64,000 bases of DNA. Origin: Chloroflexota bacterium. Its GTDB lineage: Bacteria > Chloroflexota > UBA11872 > VXOZ01. Shown piece after piece: positions 57,804-64,000 of the stretch; position 1 is the stretch's first letter; every line of letters begins with the position of its first letter. Location: the NCBI GenBank assembly GCA_965216245.1, contig OZ244145.1, forward strand, positions 2,317,284-2,381,283, given 5' to 3'. The position numbers and the translations under genes were made by a program. Under the pieces are notes generated by a model. That model had not been told where the DNA came from. It made no database searches and saw only the letters and a program-made list of their open reading frames with translations.

Positions 57804-59525
57804 ATGTTGTCTCCGCGCTACCAGTGGCAGGTAGCGTCCCGTGCCCCGGATTCCCTCCTAGAATCGCTCTCGGCGTACCATCCGCTTGTCGTGCGACTGC
57901 TCTTCAACCGTGGGTATACAACATCCGAGACAATTCGGGCCTTTCTTGACGGCGACGACGCTCGGGAAAACGATCCGTTCCTCCTGAAAGGCATGGATGT
58001 CGCTGTTGACCGCATACTGCGTGCAATTCGCATGGGCGAGTGCATCGGCATATTCGGGGACTATGACACGGACGGCATCACCGCCGCCGCGCTTCTCAGA
58101 CAGGCATTGGAGCAGCTTGGAGGGCACGTTGTCGTCCGGTTACCACACCGCGTCGAGGACGGCTATGGCGTGTCGAACCGTGCCATTGAGGAATTTGCGG
58201 CGCAGGGTGTCACGCTGATCATCACCGTGGACTGCGGCATCAGTGCGGTAGAGCCTGTGGCGCTGGCGGCAGAGCGGGGGATGGATGTGATCGTCACCGA
58301 CCACCACCAGCCGCCAGCGCATTTGCCCCTTGCGCACGCCATTGTCAATCCCTGGCTCCCCGACTGCACATATCCATTCAGGGATCTCTGCGGCGCCGGC
58401 CTGGCGTATAAACTCGCGTGCGCGCTCCTTACCTCCGTCGGTATCGTTGGCGATCGGGAAACCGCCGAACTGCGTGCGTTCGCGGCGCTTGCTACCGTCG
58501 CGGACGTGGTTCCCTTGCGCAGCGAAAATCGTGCCATTGTCGTTGGGGGCATTGCGGCGCTGCGGCGAACCGACCATGCCGGATTGCGCGCTCTCATGCA
58601 GGTGGCCGGCGTGGACCAAGCGGTCGTCAGTAGCGGCAATATCGGCTTTGCGCTGGCTCCACGTCTCAACGCGGCGGGCCGGATGGCGCATCCTCGCCTT
58701 GCGTACGACCTCTTGACGACGCGGGATCATGCACAGGCACAGGTCTTGGCATCGCAGTTGCAGCAGCTCAATCTGGAGCGCCAGCGGGAAACCAAGCGCC
58801 TCATCACCGCTGCGCGACTACAGGTGGAGGCGGGACAGCAACACGAGGTGCTGCTCTGGGTGGAGGGCGAAGACTGGCCCGCCGGAATCATCGGTCTCGT
58901 GGCGGGGAGACTCGCCGAGGAATTCGGTAAGCCGACGCTCGCCGTCGCGGTAGGCGCGACAGAGACAGTAGGCTCCTGCCGCAGCATACCGGGCTACGAC
59001 ATTGCCGCCGCGCTTGCCGTGCAGGGAGAATTCATGCAGCGCCATGGCGGGCATCCGCAAGCAGCGGGCTTTGCCGTGGCGACCGACCGGCGCGCCGCAC
59101 TGCGGGCCGCGCTGCAAGCTGAAGCGCGTGCGCAGCTCGATCCGGCAGAGACCCGGCCGCGGCTTTCCATCGACTGTCAGGTGTCGGCCCAGAAGATGGA
59201 CCTAGGGTTACTTGAAGAGATTAATGTACTCGCCCCCTTTGGCGCGAGCAATCCGGAGCCGCGCTTTCTCAGCCGGGGCCTCACGTTGAGCGGTGCGCGC
59301 ATCGTCGGCACCGACCACCTGAAGGCCACGTTTGCCGTTGGTGGAGGTTCCGTCACCGGCATTGGATTCCACATGGCGGACCGTACCGAAAACCTTCGGC
59401 AAGGGCAGGTGGTCGATGTGGTATATTCGATGCAGGAGAACACCTGGGGCGGGTTTGCGCGCCTGGAGTTTCACCTGCAGGACATGCAGTTGGCCGACCA
59501 TGACCGAATCGCATACAGCAAGTGA
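57804..59525 (+). CDS. recJ: Single-stranded DNA-specific exonuclease RecJ
   Basis: GDYDTDG, R..DGYG, ITVDCG, TDHH, ADVVPL..ENR, PRLNAAGR, GGH..AAG, PFG..NPEP. Extended -10 TGGTATAAT at 57750. Confidence 0.97.
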   Translation: MLSPRYQWQVASRAPDSLLESLSAYHPLVVRLLFNRGYTTSETIRAFLDGDDARENDPFLLKGMDVAVDRILRAIRMGECIGIFGDYDTDGITAAALLRQALEQLGGHVVVRLPHRVEDGYGVSNRAIEEFAAQGVTLIITVDCGISAVEPVALAAERGMDVIVTDHHQPPAHLPLAHAIVNPWLPDCTYPFRDLCGAGLAYKLACALLTSVGIVGDRETAELRAFAALATVADVVPLRSENRAIVVGGIAALRRTDHAGLRALMQVAGVDQAVVSSGNIGFALAPRLNAAGRMAHPRLAYDLLTTRDHAQAQVLASQLQQLNLERQRETKRLITAARLQVEAGQQHEVLLWVEGEDWPAGIIGLVAGRLAEEFGKPTLAVAVGATETVGSCRSIPGYDIAAALAVQGEFMQRHGGHPQAAGFAVATDRRAALRAALQAEARAQLDPAETRPRLSIDCQVSAQKMDLGLLEEINVLAPFGASNPEPRFLSRGLTLSGARIVGTDHLKATFAVGGGSVTGIGFHMADRTENLRQGQVVDVVYSMQENTWGGFARLEFHLQDMQLADHDRIAYSK

Positions 59526-59544
59526 GGCCATGTAGGACTCTCTC

Positions 59545-61962
59545 ATGGCACTAGCACCTTACACAGCGTCACCCGAAGAGACTCAATCTAATACGATTGA
59601 GGGGTTGATCGCGGCTGTATCTGCGTATAGCAGCGAAAATCCTGACCTCCGGAAGAAGGACCTCAACCGTGTCAGGCAGGCCTACGCGTTTGCCGCGCGC
59701 GCCCACGAGGGGCAATTCCGCAAGTCCGGCGAGCCATTCACCCAGCATCCTCTCTGCACCGCCCTCCTTCTCTCGGAAATCCGCATGGACACCAGCACCA
59801 TCTGCGCCGGTCTGCTCCATGACTGCGTGGAAGATACCGACGTAACTCTGGACGACATTCGCACGCAGTTTGGCGTCGACGTGGCGTTGCTCGTGGATGG
59901 CGTCACAAAGCTCACCCAGCTCGACTTCCTGAATCTGGAAGATACCCAGGCCGAAAACCTGCGGAAGATGTTCTTGGCCATGGCGCGGGACATTCGGGTT
60001 GTAATCGTGAAGCTCGCGGACCGTTTGCACAATATGCGCACGCTCGCGTACGTCGAGCCGGAGCGCCAGCGCCGCAAGGCCCAGGAGACTCTCGATATCT
60101 ACGCCCCGTTGGCAAATCAGTTGGGGATGGGGCACTGGAAATGGCAGTTGGAAGATGCAGCATTTGCCGTGCTGCATCCGGACGTCTATAAGCAGATCGA
60201 ATCTATCTTGGCAGAGAGTTCCTTGACGCAAGACGAAGTCCTGCAAGAAGCGGTGCAAACCCTGACGCGAGAGCTTGAGGAGGCCGGAATTCAGGGGGAG
60301 GTGAGCGGCAGACCGAAGCACATTACGAGTACGTGGTTCAAGATGCAGCGCAAGAGTGTCGGCATCCAAGAGATTTATGATCTCATCGGCGTGCGCGTGG
60401 TTGTGAGCACGGTGCAGCAGTGCTACGGGGCACTTGGGCTTGTGCATACGTTGTGGAAACCGATTCCAGGCCAGTTCGACGACTATATCTCGGTTCCCAA
60501 ATCCAATAACTACCGCTCGTTGCACACTGCCGTGATCGGGCCGCGCGGCCAGCCGGTCGAAGTGCAACTCCGTACCCAACACATGCATCAGGAAGCGGAG
60601 CTTGGCGTTGCCGCCCATTGGCGCTACAAGGAAGGGGAACGAGGCGCGAACGTCGATGAACGCCTGGCCTGGCTGCGCCAGTTGATAACCTGGCAAGAAG
60701 AGCTTTCGAGTGCGCGCGAGTTCGTGGAGACGGTGAAAGCGGATATCTTCGAAGACCAGGTCTTCGTGTTTACGCCTCGCGGAGACGTGAAGGACCTGCC
60801 GGCCGGCTCTACGCCCATTGACTTTGCCTATCGCATTCATACCGACGTGGGACACCGTTGCCTTAGCGCTAAGGTCAACGGCCAAATCAAACCGCTCTAT
60901 ACGGAGCTTCAGAATGGCGACGTGGTTGACATCCAGGTGAGCAAGGCGCCGAAAGGCCCCAGCCGCGACTGGATCAATATCGTCAAGAGCAGCCATACTC
61001 GCGAGCGGATTCGCCAGTGGTTCAAGAAGCAAGAGCGGGCCGAAAACGTCACGCGCGGGAGAGAGATGCTGGACAAGGAAATCCGACGGTTGGGTCAGGG
61101 TGACTTGAGCAGCGTCGATGAGGCCCGCGTCCGGACGCTGTGCAAGTCGTTCACGTTCAACTCCGCGGATGACCTCTTTGCGGCCATCGGATACGGCGCA
61201 ATTTCCACGCAACAAGTGGTGATGAACTTGAGCCGATCGGGAGAGCAGCCTGCACAGACTGCATTCGAGCCGGAGACGCTGCCTGCGGAACCGCGTACCG
61301 ACAAGACTACGGGCACGGTACAGGTTATGGGTGAGGGCAACATGCTCACGCGCCTGGCGACCTGTTGCAAGCCGTTACCCGGCGATCACATCGTCGGCTA
61401 CATTACGCGCGGACGCGGCGTTACCGTTCACCGCCGTGACTGCCGCAACGTGCATAGCGCGAAGGACAAAGAGCGCTTGGTGCCGGTGGATTGGGGAGAT
61501 CAGGTTATTAGTCATGAGACCCGCAATTTGCCGCTCCAACTGGCACAGTGCTGTGGCCCGCAAACGAGTGACAAGATCAAAGGCTACGTTGTGGATGGCA
61601 GCGTGGAGGTGCACCGCAGCGACTGCCGCCGCGTTCGCCAACATGGGCCGCCGGGAATGCAGGTCAGTGTTTCCTGGTCGCGCACGAGCAAGCAACAGTC
61701 GCTCTACCCGGTTGCCCTGCGCGCCGAGTGTGTGGACAGACCGGGGCTTCTCCGCGACATTAGCGCGGTCGTGACGGAGGAGAAACTCAACATCAGTGCC
61801 GCGAACGTCAATACGGACGGCGGCGCAGCGACGATCACGTTTACGGTTGAAGTTACCGGAGTGGGGAGACTGGCCGGCCTCATGGCCAAGATCGAGCGTG
61901 TTGGCGGCGTGGTCGGCGTGCAGCGTGACGTGCGTACCGATCGTCCTCAGCAAGGAAATTGA
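59545..61962 (+). CDS. relA: Bifunctional (p)ppGpp synthetase/hydrolase Rel (RelA/SpoT)
   Basis: HD motif LLHDCVEDT, KLADRLHNM; synthetase motifs GRPK, YRSLH, EVQLRT; TGS (DFAY.IHT.VG), two ZFD units and ACT. Confidence 0.96.
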   Translation: MALAPYTASPEETQSNTIEGLIAAVSAYSSENPDLRKKDLNRVRQAYAFAARAHEGQFRKSGEPFTQHPLCTALLLSEIRMDTSTICAGLLHDCVEDTDVTLDDIRTQFGVDVALLVDGVTKLTQLDFLNLEDTQAENLRKMFLAMARDIRVVIVKLADRLHNMRTLAYVEPERQRRKAQETLDIYAPLANQLGMGHWKWQLEDAAFAVLHPDVYKQIESILAESSLTQDEVLQEAVQTLTRELEEAGIQGEVSGRPKHITSTWFKMQRKSVGIQEIYDLIGVRVVVSTVQQCYGALGLVHTLWKPIPGQFDDYISVPKSNNYRSLHTAVIGPRGQPVEVQLRTQHMHQEAELGVAAHWRYKEGERGANVDERLAWLRQLITWQEELSSAREFVETVKADIFEDQVFVFTPRGDVKDLPAGSTPIDFAYRIHTDVGHRCLSAKVNGQIKPLYTELQNGDVVDIQVSKAPKGPSRDWINIVKSSHTRERIRQWFKKQERAENVTRGREMLDKEIRRLGQGDLSSVDEARVRTLCKSFTFNSADDLFAAIGYGAISTQQVVMNLSRSGEQPAQTAFEPETLPAEPRTDKTTGTVQVMGEGNMLTRLATCCKPLPGDHIVGYITRGRGVTVHRRDCRNVHSAKDKERLVPVDWGDQVISHETRNLPLQLAQCCGPQTSDKIKGYVVDGSVEVHRSDCRRVRQHGPPGMQVSVSWSRTSKQQSLYPVALRAECVDRPGLLRDISAVVTEEKLNISAANVNTDGGAATITFTVEVTGVGRLAGLMAKIERVGGVVGVQRDVRTDRPQQGN

Positions 61963-62037
61963 CCGTCGCTGCGGCTGTGCTGTGGCCGGTACGGCGTAGC
62001 CGGACTTCCTTGCTGCATCGACTGGGGGGGCCGTGGC

Positions 62038-62661
62038 TTAGTCTAGGTCCAGCGCATGGGGATTGAATCCCGCAATGTCGAACATAGAGAAGGCGTAGCC
62101 GCTGGTCTGGCCCGTGAATGACGAGGCGGTGAGTGGCGCGGCGGGGGTCTCCAGCGCCATTTGCGCGAAGTACTTGCTGACCGGCGCAAGTTCTGCCAGC
62201 GCTTCGAATTCGTGGAGCGCCAGGAATTCAGCCCGATCAACCTCCACCTCGTCACACTGAGGGCCGCCGCCGAGGTCTTTGAGGGTGAAGACGATGTAGA
62301 CGTTGCTATCGCGTTGAGTGAGACTGTTGCGTGCCGCCAGCACGCCTTGTACTTCCGTGCGGACGCTGGTTTCCTCGAAGAGTTCGCGCACGACTGCTTC
62401 CTCGAAGGGCTCGTCCTGCTCGACGTAGCCCCCCGGAATGGTCCAACGGCCCTTGCCGGGGTCTTGCCCGCGCCGAATAAACAGCACTTTGTTATCGCGC
62501 ACCACAATGCCGCCCACTCCGAGGGAGAAGGTGCTGAAGTGGATGAAGCCGCACGCCCGGCACGTCGCGCGTTGACGCCCACCGTCGGGCTGCAGCGACA
62601 GCGATTGGCCGCAGCGGGGGCAGTAACGGAAGTGGTTCGGTACTGTAGGTAAATCCGCCAT
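62038..62661 (-). CDS. NUDIX hydrolase with an N-terminal zinc ribbon
   Basis: CPRCG...C.ACG; Nudix box GGYVEQDE....AVVRELFEET. Confidence 0.92.
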   Translation of the reverse strand: MADLPTVPNHFRYCPRCGQSLSLQPDGGRQRATCRACGFIHFSTFSLGVGGIVVRDNKVLFIRRGQDPGKGRWTIPGGYVEQDEPFEEAVVRELFEETSVRTEVQGVLAARNSLTQRDSNVYIVFTLKDLGGGPQCDEVEVDRAEFLALHEFEALAELAPVSKYFAQMALETPAAPLTASSFTGQTSGYAFSMFDIAGFNPHALDLD

Positions 62662-63002
62662 GATCCACTTTCATTCGGTGCTGACGATATTACTCTCTCG
62701 ATCATATGGTGCTCCACAAGCGCGGTCAATTGCAAGAAGATCGTTTTTGCACGGGACGGCAGTTGCAGGGAGATGCTTGACAGCCAACGGGAGTCTGAGG
62801 AGCGGCGCATGCGTCAGATGGAAGATGTGGAAAGGAGCAGGCGTCCGCGTTGGTTTACAATGCCAGGTGAGGCCGGGCTTCCTGTCCTCGTGAAGTAGGG
62901 AGCGCTCGTGCGCGAGGTCAACGCAGAGTCACTCGGCTGCGATGCGCGATAGCGGCGCAGTATGCAGTGGTGCTACTAAACATAAAACACAGGAGCTAAC
63001 GC

Positions 63003-63755
63003 ATGGGAGACATTTGCTTCGGGATGGGCGAGAAAATTGTGTTCATCGGCGATAGCATTACCGACTGCGGCAGGCGCACGGAGCAGGATGGGCCGTATGG
63101 AAAGGGCTACGTTAGCCTTGTGCGGGCTTTGCTCCACGCGCGCTATCCGGCGCACGGGCTGACGATCGTCAACCGTGGGATCGGCGGCAATACCATACGC
63201 GATCTAGCGGCGCGTTGGCAAGAGGACGTACTGAACGAAGCTCCGGATTGGCTCTCGGTGAAGATCGGCATCAACGACGTGGGGCGTCTCATCGCCGGCA
63301 ATCTCGCCGACCACGTGGGGCTCGACGAGTACGAAGCAACGTACCGGTCGCTTCTCCAGCAGATTCCGGCAGTTGCTAACGGCAAGCTCATTCTCATGGA
63401 GCCGTATGTCATAGCTCCGGCGGGGCAGGGCGATCCGGCAGCGAAATCAGGTATAAGCCTGGCGGAAGTGCAGCAGCAATTCAGCGCTTTTCGTGCCAGC
63501 GGCGCGCGGGAGGGTGCGCTCCTCACCGCCGGCTGGATGCACTTCCGGGCCTATATTGACTCCTATATTGAGGTAGTGCATCGTCTCGCCGCGGAATACG
63601 ACGCGATTCTCGTCCGCACCCAAGCCGCCTTCGATGCAGCAATGGAGGCACAGCCTCCCGCGGCCTGGGCAGCGGACCGCATCCATCCCGACTTGCCCGG
63701 CCATGCTGTGATTGCCCGCGCGTTCCTGGCGTCGGTAGGATACGGCGACATTTGA
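63003..63755 (+). CDS. SGNH/GDSL hydrolase family protein
   Basis: GDSIT, NRGIGG, GIND and DRIHP blocks. Confidence 0.93.
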   Translation: MGDICFGMGEKIVFIGDSITDCGRRTEQDGPYGKGYVSLVRALLHARYPAHGLTIVNRGIGGNTIRDLAARWQEDVLNEAPDWLSVKIGINDVGRLIAGNLADHVGLDEYEATYRSLLQQIPAVANGKLILMEPYVIAPAGQGDPAAKSGISLAEVQQQFSAFRASGAREGALLTAGWMHFRAYIDSYIEVVHRLAAEYDAILVRTQAAFDAAMEAQPPAAWAADRIHPDLPGHAVIARAFLASVGYGDI

Positions 63756-63894
63756 TGCGGCGATTCTGTACACTCCGGTTGAGAAAGGTATGGTTGAGAG
63801 AGAGAGTTGGGCGAAGCCGGGAGGGTATCGCCTGAGTGATTGCCAGAGGCCAATTGAAAGAGTGTTCGATTCCGGGGAGTAAAGGGAGGGTCGT

Positions 63895-64000
63895 GTGAGC
63901 ATAAAGCTACGGGTCGGCTTAGTGGGTGTTGGTGGCAATGGCGGCCGGTTCTTGGAAGCGTACGCCACCAACCCCCGCGTTGAGGTTGCAGCTATTTGCG
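63895..64000 (+). CDS. Gfo/Idh/MocA family oxidoreductase (5' part; runs off the window end)
   Basis: GTG start after GGAGG; MSIKLRVGLVGVGGNG...NPRVEVAAIC. Confidence 0.75.
   Translation, partial: MSIKLRVGLVGVGGNGGRFLEAYATNPRVEVAAIC

Noticed and set aside
59569-61215. 548-aa minus-strand ORF (and similar long antisense ORFs, e.g. 13156-14277, 17837-18886, 29265-30254)
   Set aside because: Reverse-frame shadows of well-supported genes, expected in GC-rich DNA.
62038-62661. NUDIX enzyme as a (p)ppGpp hydrolase partner of Rel
   Set aside because: Only convergent adjacency supports it; no substrate-specific motif was seen.

Overview
A GC-rich bacterial chromosome segment, most likely from a Chloroflexota and possibly sponge-associated. 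This is inferred from the orphan Tat-lipoprotein solute-binding proteins, five Gfo/Idh/MocA genes and a plant-type LRR lipoprotein. Housekeeping genes include a TPP-riboswitch thiG-thiE-thiS-thiO operon, tRNA-Leu(TAA)-rpsF-ssb-rpsR, hom-thrC, recJ-rel, a DinG-family helicase and a parvulin PPIase. They are mixed with sugar/sugar-acid catabolic genes, two tandem GT4 paralogs and small accessory patches (IS21 and IS1380 remnants, an ApeA-like HEPN gene). The most striking structure is a nested set of repeats and mobile DNA. Several REP-like palindrome families occur. A TGT...ACA MITE is inserted twice at GTCATTCC inside REPs with an ATTCC duplication and carries a REP pair itself. An IS30 is inserted into the cargo REP of one MITE and takes its stop codon from that REP. 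Other oddities are a Rel with a tandemly duplicated zinc-finger domain, a stand-alone recombinase core-binding-like gene with strong expression signals, a ThiS with a 39-aa tail after its GGG motif, a poly-Gly S18, an in-frame REP inside a DUF2851 gene, a frameshifted thiO, and a decayed thiO copy that marks the GT duplication unit. No CRISPR array or rRNA is present. All family calls come from motif recognition, not database searches.
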